A stretch of DNA of 64,000 bases from a virus, in IMG/VR virus record IMGVR_UViG_3300048014_000057, positions 1 to 64,000 of that record, one strand, 5' to 3'. Of the stretch, positions 36,883-46,444 are shown one piece after another (the first letter of the stretch is position 1; each line of letters opens with the position of its first letter). The notes beneath the pieces were generated by a model that made no database searches, was not told where the DNA came from, and was given only the letters and a program-made list of their open reading frames with translations. Both the position numbers and the translations under genes were made by a program.

Positions 36883-38263
36883 TTATCTTTTAGGTTTAGA
36901 ACACCACAATTCAAAATATTCTTCGGGAGTTCTTGTCTTACCATTATCTGCTTCATTAAACCAATCACATTCTTGTTGTGCAAGTTCTTCATTAGGACAT
37001 TCAATTACAACATCACCATAATCATTAATAACAGCCCAATATTCTTTATCATCTTTACATTGTTCTATATGATATGTTCTCATTTAAAATTTTCCTATAA
37101 AAAATTAATATATTCTATTTCATCTGTCATATTATGATGATTATTTTCTAATAATCCTATTAGGTAGGAAATAATATCTTTTTTTATTTCTTTATTTGTT
37201 TCATAAATTTCCACTATCTCTACAGCTTCTCTTATAATTTGATAATGTGATAATTCTTTTTTTCTATATTTCCAAGGTATTTTATCATTATCCCAAGGAA
37301 ATGTAAACCTAAAAGCAATATCATTTTTATCGGCTAATTCTTGTGCTTCCAGTAAAATTTCATGAGCTTTATGGGAAAGTTCATTTAGTTTTTCTTTATC
37401 ATTCATTTTTATTCTCCTAAGATTTTCATAATATCTTCTTTATTATTTACTATAAAATCGGATATTTTTTTACGCCAATCACTACTAACGCTATTGATAT
37501 TATATTTTTGTATAAATAAATGTTCTATTTCATTTTTCTTAATTAAATTTTGTTCATATTCATTTGCATCTATTTTTTTTTCAAAAAAATTTCTATCTGA
37601 TGTTTTAAATCCTGCAACAATACCCATTTAATATTCTTTATTAATCTAACACCATCACATTTTTCGTCAACAACTTTCATATAACCATTAATATCATACT
37701 GACTTCCATATAATTTAATAAATGTACGTAATTTTTGATTAAATTGTCTAAGACATTTTTCTAAATCATCCAAATCTTTTTTCATATATTCATTTATATC
37801 ATTCATTCCCATACTTCCTCTAATGCAAAAACTTCATTTGTATCTATATAATAAGGACATTCTGAATATATTAATTCAGGTTTTTTTACTAAATCTTTTT
37901 CTGTTGATCCGAAATAATACTCTTTTTTTGTTTTAAAATTCCATTGATCTTTAATTATTATTTTATATTCCCATATTAAATTTCCATTAAAACATCTATA
38001 TTTTGATCTTTTTTTATTCATGGATCAAATCCCATATCAAAAATATCAAATGCAGTCATTTTTTTAATTTTATCTTCTGGAATTGATACAATTATTTTTG
38101 CATTCTTCCAATGATTCCCCCATGTAATAGGAACATCTAACTGAAGATAACAATATACCCACCAATGAGGATAATTATCTCTATAATAATTATCTAAATC
38201 ATCAGGAATTTTCATATCAGCTTCGATTGCTGCTTGTTTTAACATAGAAGAAATATACATCAT
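36883..38263 (-). CDS. Cluster of six small hypothetical genes (36883-37083, 37095-37406, 37409-37627, ~37570-37812, 37803-38021, 38018-38263)
   Basis: Tightly packed, co-oriented ORFs of 66-103 aa; no recognisable motifs. Confidence 0.55.
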
Positions 38264-38292
38264 TTAATAATATCCTTTTTTAATTATTTTAA

Positions 38293-39099
38293 TTAAAATT
38301 TATCTGCTTCATCTCTTGTCAAGAAAAAATGTATCCCCGAAGAACATTCGTCAAACCTATCTTCACAGAATGGCTTGGTAGGTCTAACGGTTTTTCCAAC
38401 TTCATATTTAAAATTAGGATCATGTCGAGAAAACCCTTCACCTTCTATAACAATGACATATTCGGCCCGGCATTTCCTAGTTGTGGCGTTACTTCTTTTA
38501 GAATCGGCCGGAATTTTAAGTGTACAAATTACACCACCTTTAAGTTGTTTATAACCGATAATTTCTCCTTCCGGACAAATATTGGTCATTTCTACTACAT
38601 GATCCGGTATATTCTTGGCTTTACCAAGATCAGCATCATAAAGATTGGTTTCACGAAGATTGGCCCCCCGAAGATCGGCTCCTGAAAAATTAGCAAAATA
38701 AAGATTGGCCCCTTGAAGATTGGCCCCTTGAAGATCAGCCCACCGAAGATTGACATCTTGAAGATCGGCCCCTTGAAGATTGGCCCCTTGAAGATCAGCC
38801 CATTGAAGATCAGCCCATTGAAGATCGACCCTCAGAAGATCAGCACCATAAAGATTGGCCCCCCGAAGATTGGCTCCTGAAAAATTAGCAAAATAAAGAT
38901 TGGCCCCTTGAAGATTGGCCCCCCGAAGATCGGTCCACCGAAGATTGGCTTCCCGAAGATCGGCTCCTTGAAGATTAGCCCCTTGAAGATTGGCTTCCCG
39001 AAGATCGGCTCCTTGAAGATCGGCTCCTTGAAGATTGGCTCCTTGAAGATCGGCCTTTGGTGCGATGTTATATTCTTTATCATTGATCAACATTTTCAT
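38293..39099 (-). CDS. Pentapeptide-repeat protein with DUF5758-like C-terminus
   Basis: Long run of A(D/N)LxG repeats; C-terminal IGYK...L.IP...KRSNATTRKCRA...Y.VG..V.P...F..D...ECS.GIHFFLTR.EA. Confidence 0.9.
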   Translation of the reverse strand: MKMLINDKEYNIAPKADLQGANLQGADLQGADLREANLQGANLQGADLREANLRWTDLRGANLQGANLYFANFSGANLRGANLYGADLLRVDLQWADLQWADLQGANLQGADLQDVNLRWADLQGANLQGANLYFANFSGADLRGANLRETNLYDADLGKAKNIPDHVVEMTNICPEGEIIGYKQLKGGVICTLKIPADSKRSNATTRKCRAEYVIVIEGEGFSRHDPNFKYEVGKTVRPTKPFCEDRFDECSSGIHFFLTRDEADKF

Positions 39100-39106
39100 T
39101 TCTCCT

Positions 39107-40144
39107 TTATTTTACAGTTTTTAATATTAAAGTTACTTCATTACACATTACAATTGGACGATATTCTGTTTTATTTTTTATTTTTTCTCTAATAATTTCT
39201 GGATCAATTTCATCACATATCATTTTATATATTTCGTCAAAGTCTTTTTTTACAATTCTAGCCCAAGAAATTGATAAATCTTCTCCTTCTATACGAGAAC
39301 GAATTATTGAAAGATTATTTCCACGAATACAATGAAGATAATTATATTTTGTATTAAATGTCCATACAATTTTACTACCCATAATTTTTTGGGGTAGTTC
39401 TGAACTAATAGAATTCCATGATTTTAGAAATTTAAAATCATTAAAATTTGGAATTATTGTTTTTTCTTCTGTACGAGGTTTATTTTGTAAACTTAAAAAA
39501 TTTCTATATGTTTCTACATCTTTTAGAAACTTAGTATAAAAATTAATTCTATCCTGAATATCTTCTCTTGATAAATAAGAATATGCTTTGGCAGCAGCTT
39601 CATCTTCTTTAATACAAATTAATTCTTCTAAAAGACAAGAAAAATAATCCCAAATATACTTAGAAATAATATCGGAAATACTTTTCTCATATAAGAAATT
39701 ATAAATATTTATATCAATAAATTTATTATTTTCAATAATTTTTTCAATAATATCGATAGTTCCAAAAGCCTTTTCTTTGGCCTGTAAAGTTTTATTTTTT
39801 ATCATATTGTAATTCATTTTTACTTTCTTTTCATTATTATAACGATCTACTATTTCTTTAATTTTATTTTGTAAAAATTTATGGGAACTTTCAGGTAAAA
39901 TAATCCCACGAGAAAGCATACGTGCAATCCAACATGCAGTCAATGACAAAAATATATGATTTGATTTTTTAATAATTTCTGCAATATTTTCTTGATTTGT
40001 TTCTTTTAAATATTGCAACATAAATTTAAGACCATCTTTATCTGTAAAGTCATAATGATAGTCGTTAAATGCCTGTGTTATTTCGGAATCTGTAGGAGGA
40101 TGATCAAAAGTAGGTTCTTTAACCCTTAAATTTTGAGATTTCAT
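39107..40144 (-). CDS. Conserved hypothetical T4-like phage protein
   Basis: 345-aa ORF after a TTGACA promoter; T..WIARM..RG and VW.FNTK motifs. Confidence 0.65.
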   Translation of the reverse strand: MKSQNLRVKEPTFDHPPTDSEITQAFNDYHYDFTDKDGLKFMLQYLKETNQENIAEIIKKSNHIFLSLTACWIARMLSRGIILPESSHKFLQNKIKEIVDRYNNEKKVKMNYNMIKNKTLQAKEKAFGTIDIIEKIIENNKFIDINIYNFLYEKSISDIISKYIWDYFSCLLEELICIKEDEAAAKAYSYLSREDIQDRINFYTKFLKDVETYRNFLSLQNKPRTEEKTIIPNFNDFKFLKSWNSISSELPQKIMGSKIVWTFNTKYNYLHCIRGNNLSIIRSRIEGEDLSISWARIVKKDFDEIYKMICDEIDPEIIREKIKNKTEYRPIVMCNEVTLILKTVK

Positions 40145-40212
40145 AATATATATTCCTTGGAGATTAGAAGATTTCTATCTCTATCCTACATTTTATAGGA
40201 TGTCAATATCGT

Positions 40213-40446
40213 TTAGGACTTAAGTCCTAAAACATAATCTTCCGCAATATCCGATAATTCATTAATCGATAAATTATTAAAATAAGAACTTTTTATCCAT
40301 TTATTATTATAATAATAATCTATCCAATAAAGATTAATTTTATGCATTACATTAACAATCGCTTTTAAATTAAAATCATCTGAAAAATATTCTTTATACA
40401 TATTATCTCCTATTTTATAATACACCATAACGTCTTGCTGATACAT
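40213..40446 (-). CDS. Hypothetical protein (probable start at MYKEY after AGGAG)
   Basis: ORF track plus internal RBS. Confidence 0.5.
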   Translation of the reverse strand: MYQQDVMVYYKIGDNMYKEYFSDDFNLKAIVNVMHKINLYWIDYYYNNKWIKSSYFNNLSINELSDIAEDYVLGLKS

Positions 40447-42433
40447 AATTAACTTTTAATGTTACACCGGCTGAATTTGCGACTCCATTAGCATTAAATC
40501 CCATAACTAACGTAGTCTGAAAATCAACAATATTGGGAGGTAAAGTAACAGGACCGACTCTTAGATAAATTTTACCATTATTAGGCCAAGTTAAAGGATC
40601 ACCCGAAGTAGGAACAAGTTCTTCTCCTGCCCCACCAAGCGTTGAACCACAAACACAAGATATATTATTATCACCACCAGCACCCGAAAGATAAAGTTGA
40701 GTCATATTTACCATATTTGATACTTCTAATTCAGATTCAAACTCAAATTGAACATTATTCAATTCAGAAGATTGAATATTCATGGAAGTAACAGTATCAG
40801 AAAATGAAGTATATAATGCCCATTGTTCTGTAGTTGTTCCTCCACCTAATGAAAATACTAAATTTTGTCTTTGTCCTTTTTGTCCATTACTCCAAGGATT
40901 TTCTATAGAACAAACTATACTTCCATTGGAAGTTCCTCCATATCTAGTTAATGCCCATCCTGTCGCTATATTTCCGGATATAGCAACATTTCCCACATTA
41001 GAAGATAATGTAGAATTTGCAGAACCAAAAACTGATAATTTAGCAGTTTTCATATAGGACCAAGTTACAGTATTATCTGTTATACTTGCATTACTTCCCA
41101 AAGGACCACCAGAAGTATTAGATGTTCCATTTGCTGTACATCTATAAATAGAAGTACCATTAAAACATTGTTGACCAATAACATAAGGTGTTGCTGATTT
41201 CCAGGCAACTCCTTCAAAAATATTACCCGATGGATTTAAAGAAGAATCAAATCCATCGTCGGCAGAATAAGGTCTTGAAGAATATGGTATTAGAGAAGGA
41301 AAAAATTTTTGTAGTGCTAAAACAATAGAATAACCCCAATACATTGCGCCTCTATGAGATGGATGAAGCCCATCCTGAGTAACTGCATTGGCAACTCCAC
41401 CTGTTCCGCCAATAGGCCAATAAGTTCCGTTAGTTCCATCTGTCATATATCCTGATGGATCAGCAATCATTATTTGATTAAATCCTTTAGGATTAGCCCA
41501 AGTTTCTCCCCGACAATAAGCACGAATCCATCTATTTACTCTATGAATATAAGCTGATACTGTTCCTGTTAACAATGTAGCTCTTGGAGTAATAGGAGAA
41601 GCTATTACTCTTTTTCCTGCTAACATTAAAGTTTCATAACAAGTTTGAAGATTTGCTATTGTCGTGGCAACCGTAACAGAACCATTAGTTGCATCATTAG
41701 TTCCGCCATTAATTAAAAATATATCAATAGAAGATGCAAGACAATCTGGTAATCTGGCAACCATATCAGAAGTAAGACAACCCGGAACTCCAAATGTTCC
41801 TGTTCCACCATTTACAAGAGATAAAACTGCACCAGAACCACCAGAAGTATTAATTGTATAAGTAAAAGTATTTGTAGAAGAATATCCTATATTTGTAATA
41901 TTTACACCAGTTATTACACCCGAAGAAACAACTAATGTTCCTGTTGCACCATTACTTAGTGTAATTGTATCAGAATTAGAATAACCTGTTCCACCAGAAA
42001 TTACAATAATTTTTAATAAAGAAAGTCCATAACCACCGTACCCCTGTGACATATCCCAATTTAAGGAACCTAATGAAAAAATTTCAGCCCAAGTTAACAT
42101 GGAAGTTCCCTGTTTTATAACTTTAAGGGAAGGCTGATAGGCCCATGTAACGGTATTATCTGTTATACTACTTGTTACTCCCGAAGGACCACCAGAAGAA
42201 GCAGAAGTGCCGCCTGTAACGCATCTATAGGCATATCCACCATTTTTAACTACGGTATTTTGGGTATATGCCGTAGATGCAATCCATGCAGGAATATTAT
42301 TTGATAATTGTGATTGAGTTGCCGTGGCATTATAAATGGTATAAAGTGATTGTCCACCTATAATAGAATCTCCTAGGCCATTAATTTTTAAGACTGACCT
42401 ATTAAAATCTGAAAATGGCGGACTATTACTCAT
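40415..42433 (-). CDS. Virion-associated SGNH/GDSL hydrolase with two carbohydrate-binding-like repeats
   Basis: GDSI, GGTND and DGLHPS blocks; two W..xT.Y....NG...YRC...GTS..GGP.....ITDNTVTW repeats; ATAAATA late motif upstream. Confidence 0.8.
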   Translation of the reverse strand: MSNSPPFSDFNRSVLKINGLGDSIIGGQSLYTIYNATATQSQLSNNIPAWIASTAYTQNTVVKNGGYAYRCVTGGTSASSGGPSGVTSSITDNTVTWAYQPSLKVIKQGTSMLTWAEIFSLGSLNWDMSQGYGGYGLSLLKIIVISGGTGYSNSDTITLSNGATGTLVVSSGVITGVNITNIGYSSTNTFTYTINTSGGSGAVLSLVNGGTGTFGVPGCLTSDMVARLPDCLASSIDIFLINGGTNDATNGSVTVATTIANLQTCYETLMLAGKRVIASPITPRATLLTGTVSAYIHRVNRWIRAYCRGETWANPKGFNQIMIADPSGYMTDGTNGTYWPIGGTGGVANAVTQDGLHPSHRGAMYWGYSIVLALQKFFPSLIPYSSRPYSADDGFDSSLNPSGNIFEGVAWKSATPYVIGQQCFNGTSIYRCTANGTSNTSGGPLGSNASITDNTVTWSYMKTAKLSVFGSANSTLSSNVGNVAISGNIATGWALTRYGGTSNGSIVCSIENPWSNGQKGQRQNLVFSLGGGTTTEQWALYTSFSDTVTSMNIQSSELNNVQFEFESELEVSNMVNMTQLYLSGAGGDNNISCVCGSTLGGAGEELVPTSGDPLTWPNNGKIYLRVGPVTLPPNIVDFQTTLVMGFNANGVANSAGVTLKVNYVSARRYGVL

Positions 42434-42467
42434 ATATAATTCCTTTTAAATAGTATTTTTTTACTAT

Positions 42468-42697
42468 TTATTCAGAATAAATTTTCCAATCTTCCGCCAA
42501 GATATCTTTATTAGTAAGTTCTGCGGAAGCCTCTATATTACCATAAAAAATAGATTTTATTTCATTTTCTTCTTGGGAATAAAATATATATACATTATAA
42601 TATACACAAGATTCTGTATCTCTTGTAATTTTTTTACCTTGTTTTAATAACATTAAAGCATCGGTTTTAATAACATTAAAGCATCGGAAAAATTCAT
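42468..42697 (-). pseudogene. DUF2829/Tad2-like gene frameshifted by a 23-bp tandem duplication
   Basis: Removing one copy of GTTTTAATAACATTAAAGCATCG (42641-42663/42664-42686) gives MNFSDALMLLKQGKKITR...DILAEDW (68 aa). Confidence 0.72.
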
Positions 42698-42701
42698 TTC
42701 A

Positions 42702-42860
42702 TTATCCTAAGTTTTTAACTGATTCTGCCGCAATAAATTGAATATCTTCTCTTCTAACTCCAATATCAGAAAGTTCTTTATCGGTTAAATAATTTAATTC
42801 TTTATAAATTCTTTGATACTCTTTATATTTCTTAATTTTAGAAATAATAAAATTCAACAT
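42702..42860 (-). CDS. DUF1127 (YjiS/CcaF1-like) small protein, 52 aa, not in ORF track
   Basis: MLNFIISKIKKYKEYQRIYKELNYLTDKELSDIGVRREDI...; EL..L.D.EL.DIG..R.DI signature; GAGG RBS. Confidence 0.85.
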   Translation of the reverse strand: MLNFIISKIKKYKEYQRIYKELNYLTDKELSDIGVRREDIQFIAAESVKNLG

Positions 42861-42872
42861 TTTTTAACCTCT

Positions 42873-43160
42873 TTAAAATCCTCTTAATTCTTTTGTTACA
42901 TCTGATATTTCTTCAAGACGAAGAATTTTTATATTTTTTATATAAAAACTATACGCTTTTATGTATATATTATTTGTTAATTTAATAACAGGTGATAATT
43001 TATTTTTTAGATTATCTTCCGTGTAAAATACATTTTCTCCTAAATTTCTAGAAAAACCAGATAATATAATTTCTCTTTTAATTAACAATACAATATTTTC
43101 ATATTCTTTTTTATTTTTTTCTTTAAATTCTTCATTAAATTCTATATGAATACCATACAT
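42873..43160 (-). CDS. VapD-like (Cas2-fold) protein
   Basis: MYGI.I.F, Y..I...I....GF....G..VF, I..I...R.E..SD.T pattern. Confidence 0.55.
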   Translation of the reverse strand: MYGIHIEFNEEFKEKNKKEYENIVLLIKREIILSGFSRNLGENVFYTEDNLKNKLSPVIKLTNNIYIKAYSFYIKNIKILRLEEISDVTKELRGF

Positions 43161-43186
43161 TTAATAATTCCTTTTTTAAAAAGAGT

Positions 43187-43246
43187 TGGACCAAGGGAAG
43201 GATTCGAACCTCCGACATAAAGCTCTACCAACTGAGCTACCTTGGT
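43187..43246 (-). ncRNA. tRNA-like RNA lacking the anticodon arm (60 nt)
   Basis: ACCAAGG-TA-GCTC-AGTTGGTA-GAGC-TTTATGTC-GGAGG-TTCGAAT-CCTTC-CCTTGGT-CCA. Confidence 0.8.
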
Positions 43247-43253
43247 ATAAAAA

Positions 43254-43327
43254 TGGAGCGGAAAAAAGGACTTGAACCTTTTTCAACAGTTTGGAAGACT
43301 GTGGCACAACCTATATACCATTCCCGC
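43254..43327 (-). tRNA. tRNA-Gly(TCC)
   Basis: GCGGGAA/TTTCCGC acceptor + T + CCA; ACAGT-CTTCCAA-ACTGT anticodon arm; TTCAAG T-loop. Confidence 0.93.
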
Positions 43328-43357
43328 AAATTTAATAATTTTATTCTGTTGTCAACT

Positions 43358-43501
43358 ATTTATTCAGGTTATATTTATATTTGGTATGATATTAAATCTA
43401 AATTTTTTTATATTGGTGGCCATAAAGGAAAAGTTTCTGATTATTATATATGTTCAAATAAACCAATGTTAAGAGCTTATAAATTAAGACCAGAAACTTA
43501 G
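43358..43501 (+). pseudogene. Decayed GIY-YIG endonuclease remnant
   Basis: GYIYIWYD...FYIGGHKG...D.YICS...M...YK.RPE aligns with 17225 but lacks a proper start and stops early. Confidence 0.7.
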
Positions 43502-43572
43502 AAATTCTATAATAGGAAGAAAATTACAAACTAGAGAAGATGGAAGTAAATATTGGAAATATCCTGATAAAA

Positions 43573-43846
43573 GTGGGGAGATTCTGTTACTAGGCTCTCC
43601 CCCTATGCCCTAGTTAGAGATTATGCACAGAGTGCAAAACCTTCAACAAATGCAACTTCATTATCATTTGCATTTACAGTTTTATTCCGTTAACGGAGGT
43701 TTCCCCCGATAGACTACTCATTTCCTTCATCTAGCAATCGATCCTGTTCGAGCCCATCAACAAAACACCTTAATGTACTCTTGGTGGACTCGCGGACATA
43801 CGCTAGTCCGGTCTTGCCAAGATTATCTAAATGTATCAACATCTAT
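43573..43846 (-). ncRNA. ssrA: Permuted two-piece tmRNA (alphaproteobacterial type), tag ANDNEVAFVEGFALCA
   Basis: Acceptor piece ends CGAGTCCACCA (43782); 26-nt intervening segment; coding piece starts GGGCTCG (43755) giving G3:U70; resume codon GCA after TAAAT; tag at 43671-43621. Outer ends approximate. Confidence 0.9.
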
Positions 43847-43898
43847 CCTTTATTTATCTCATAAAATCTTTTACAAGTCAAGAAAAAAATAAAAAAAA

Positions 43899-44261
43899 TT
43901 AAATATAAATTCCCCTATCAATTACATTATAATGGGAATAAACACCAATATCTCCAAAATATTTTTCTACACATTCAACAACAATTCTATGATCATAATC
44001 TTTACATGAAAAAATATCAAAATAAGCTGTATTGGTATCAGAAGAAAAATGTGCAGTTATATTACTTGTAACTATTTTTTGTAATAAAGTATATCCGGCT
44101 TTATTACCATGACCAAAATAAACAATTTCGGGTTCACCAAAGGCAACCATATCTATAGATTCAACCAATTCTTCTACAAATTTTTTTATATTTGTAGAAG
44201 AATTGATTTTTTTATTATTACAATTATAAACATCTATAGATAATGATTTTCCCCAAGCCAT
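43899..44261 (-). CDS. speD: S-adenosylmethionine decarboxylase
   Basis: WG..L.ID...C, LV..IDM...G.P.I..FG....GYT..Q.I.TSNITAHF......YFDIFSCK. Confidence 0.85.
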   Translation of the reverse strand: MAWGKSLSIDVYNCNNKKINSSTNIKKFVEELVESIDMVAFGEPEIVYFGHGNKAGYTLLQKIVTSNITAHFSSDTNTAYFDIFSCKDYDHRIVVECVEKYFGDIGVYSHYNVIDRGIYI

Positions 44262-44274
44262 TTTAATTTCCTTA

Positions 44275-44463
44275 CTAATTAAAAATGTATTTATTATATT
44301 TTATTATAAAATAAGAATACAATTTTAAAGTCTTTATAGTTATTTTATGTGCCATTTCAGGAGGTAAAAAAGATAAAATAAATCTGATAATACGATAACA
44401 TTTAATTATCATAAAATCAAAAATGTATAATATCATAAGAATTAAAAATTGTAATAAATTCAT
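44275..44463 (-). CDS. Small hydrophobic hypothetical protein
   Basis: 62-aa ORF abutting its neighbours. Confidence 0.45.
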   Translation of the reverse strand: MNLLQFLILMILYIFDFMIIKCYRIIRFILSFLPPEMAHKITIKTLKLYSYFIIKYNKYIFN

Positions 44464-45390
44464 TTATTCTATCAATTCATGAAATTCATCTGCATCATTG
44501 CCATCAAATACACGATTAATAGTCTCAAAAAGATATGTTCTGTTAATATTTTTATTACTAGATTTTTTAAGAATATTAATTAATTCATGAAAAAATGAGG
44601 CATCTACGCCTATTAATTGTTCATATAACACTTCCATAACATTTAAATCTAATTTAGAAATATCCCAGGCAATTTTTAACATTTCTCCTGCCGTAATAGT
44701 CCATCCACGATTAATAAATTTCTTAATCCTAAACATGGAACAAATAGGATACAAAGACCCTACATATTTTAATTCCTTGGCTAGAATACTTTCTAGAGCA
44801 TCCTCATTTAATACAAGTCCATCTTTTTCAGTGTACCAATTAGTAACATGAACAAAATCATAATTTTCATGAATTACATCTGGTCTACCAATAAATCTTG
44901 TAATAATTTGTACATCACCATGAAGAGAAATAGCATTGGAAGAAATCATAGAAACAGAAAATGGAGTTTTTGTTTTAAATGATTCTTTATCTAGATATGA
45001 TTCAATATTATCACCATTGGTCATTTCAAAATATTCATAATCTTTAAAATCTTCATCTTCTGATCGAATTATACCGGCAGATTTAATAAAAACAACTACT
45101 CTACTATTTTTAATTTCTGCAAAGATTCTACTTACTTTATCAGTTTTGGTTACTTTAGAAATATAATAATTGACCAAATTTAGTACAACTTCAGGTGTTT
45201 GAAAATAAACATCATAATCATTAGGATTTTCCCCTAATAACATTGATGCTATTGCTCCACCAGTTACAATATAATCATTTTTTACTTCTTTTCTCAAGAC
45301 TTCATCATCAATAGATTTAATCCATTTATCCATTTTATTTTGGATAGTCTGAACAATAGTTTTTCTCTTAAAACCTCTTTTATTATCCAC
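44464..45390 (-). CDS. Nucleotidyltransferase-fold phage protein
   Basis: VTGGAIAS......NDYDVYF (GG..DxD) and YDFVH motifs. Confidence 0.7.
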   Translation of the reverse strand: MDNKRGFKRKTIVQTIQNKMDKWIKSIDDEVLRKEVKNDYIVTGGAIASMLLGENPNDYDVYFQTPEVVLNLVNYYISKVTKTDKVSRIFAEIKNSRVVVFIKSAGIIRSEDEDFKDYEYFEMTNGDNIESYLDKESFKTKTPFSVSMISSNAISLHGDVQIITRFIGRPDVIHENYDFVHVTNWYTEKDGLVLNEDALESILAKELKYVGSLYPICSMFRIKKFINRGWTITAGEMLKIAWDISKLDLNVMEVLYEQLIGVDASFFHELINILKKSSNKNINRTYLFETINRVFDGNDADEFHELIE

Positions 45391-45959
45391 CTAAAATTTC
45401 CTTTACATTGATTGACATTTCTGTAATTTCAACACCCATATTTCTAAGAATATATTCTCTAATTTTATTAGCTTCTTCAAATTTTTTATTTACATTTTCT
45501 GCATTAATTTTATTTTTATCAAGAGAATCTTCCATAACAGCAAATTGTGATAATTTAGCACATTCATAAATTAACATTTTTGCAAATTTTTTATAATTAA
45601 AATCTTCTAAATCCCAACATTGAAAAGCAAAGTAATCTATTTTATCTTTATTCATTTTTTAAATCTTTTATTTCTAGATTTTGTTTTTTTAATTCTTCTA
45701 ATAAATTTTCTGCTCTTTTCCCCCAATCTCTCCATCCATAAGAATGTGGTTCATCGTTAATAATTTCATCACAAAATGCTTCCATTTCCTTTTCTTGAGA
45801 TAATTTTTCTACATCAATATTATATGGATTTGAATATACACCAATAAATTTTCTATCCTTGGAATCTTCCGAATTATAAAGAAGATATAAAGAAATAGCA
45901 ATTTTATCCACAAGAGTTAAATTATTAGGTTTAATAGAAACTTTCATTTTAACATTCAT
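45383..45959 (-). CDS. Two hypothetical proteins (45383-45655, 45648-45959)
   Basis: Overlapping, coupled ORFs. Confidence 0.55.
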
Positions 45960-46015
45960 TTATTATTCCTTAATTATAGTAATTTTCATGAATAAATATA
46001 CCATGTTGAGAAAAA

Positions 46016-46444
46016 ATGTTCAAGGAAAAAATGACATATTATAATCCATGGTTATATAATAATAAAATTTTAGAAGATGAAGACCTAGAAAATTATGTTG
46101 GTTTTGTATATAAAATTACCAATAAATTAAATGGAAAGTTTTATATAGGAAAAAAAAGTTCTATTTCAACTAAAACTAAAATTATTAAAGGTAAAAAGAA
46201 AAAAACAAAATCAATATCGGCATGGAAATCTTATTGGGGAAGTTCTTCTTACCTTAAAGAGGATATTGAAAAATTAGGAAAAGAAAATTTTAGCAGAGAA
46301 GTATTACATCTCTCTAAAACCAAAACTGACCTTTCCTATTTAGAATTAAAAGAACAAATCCTACAAGGTGTCATGGAAACAGATTTATCATACAATATAT
46401 GGATAATGGTAAGAATTAGAAAAAATAATGTAAAATTAATATGA
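46016..46444 (+). CDS. GIY-YIG nuclease (DenA/EndoII-like)
   Basis: NPWLYN, GFVYKITN..NGK.YIGKK, W.SYWGSS, F.RE.L, E.KEQ, YN.WI. Confidence 0.8.
   Translation: MFKEKMTYYNPWLYNNKILEDEDLENYVGFVYKITNKLNGKFYIGKKSSISTKTKIIKGKKKKTKSISAWKSYWGSSSYLKEDIEKLGKENFSREVLHLSKTKTDLSYLELKEQILQGVMETDLSYNIWIMVRIRKNNVKLI

Noticed and set aside
38640-39055. 15-bp periodic repeats as CRISPR or DGR template; ORFs 38832..39083 and 38908..39192
   Set aside because: Periodicity is the coding pattern of the pentapeptide-repeat protein. Other frames are shadows, and no reverse transcriptase is seen.
42873-43160. Cas2 of a CRISPR system
   Set aside because: Pattern fits VapD better; no cas1 or array nearby.
43253-43472. 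ORFs 43253..43501 and 43272..43472 as real genes
   Set aside because: Their 5' parts are antisense to tRNA-Gly; only the GIY-YIG remnant portion is meaningful.
44275-44463. Dihydroorotate dehydrogenase (LPPEMAH resembles the PyrD N-terminus)
   Set aside because: Only 62 aa with no catalytic domain; resemblance too short to call.
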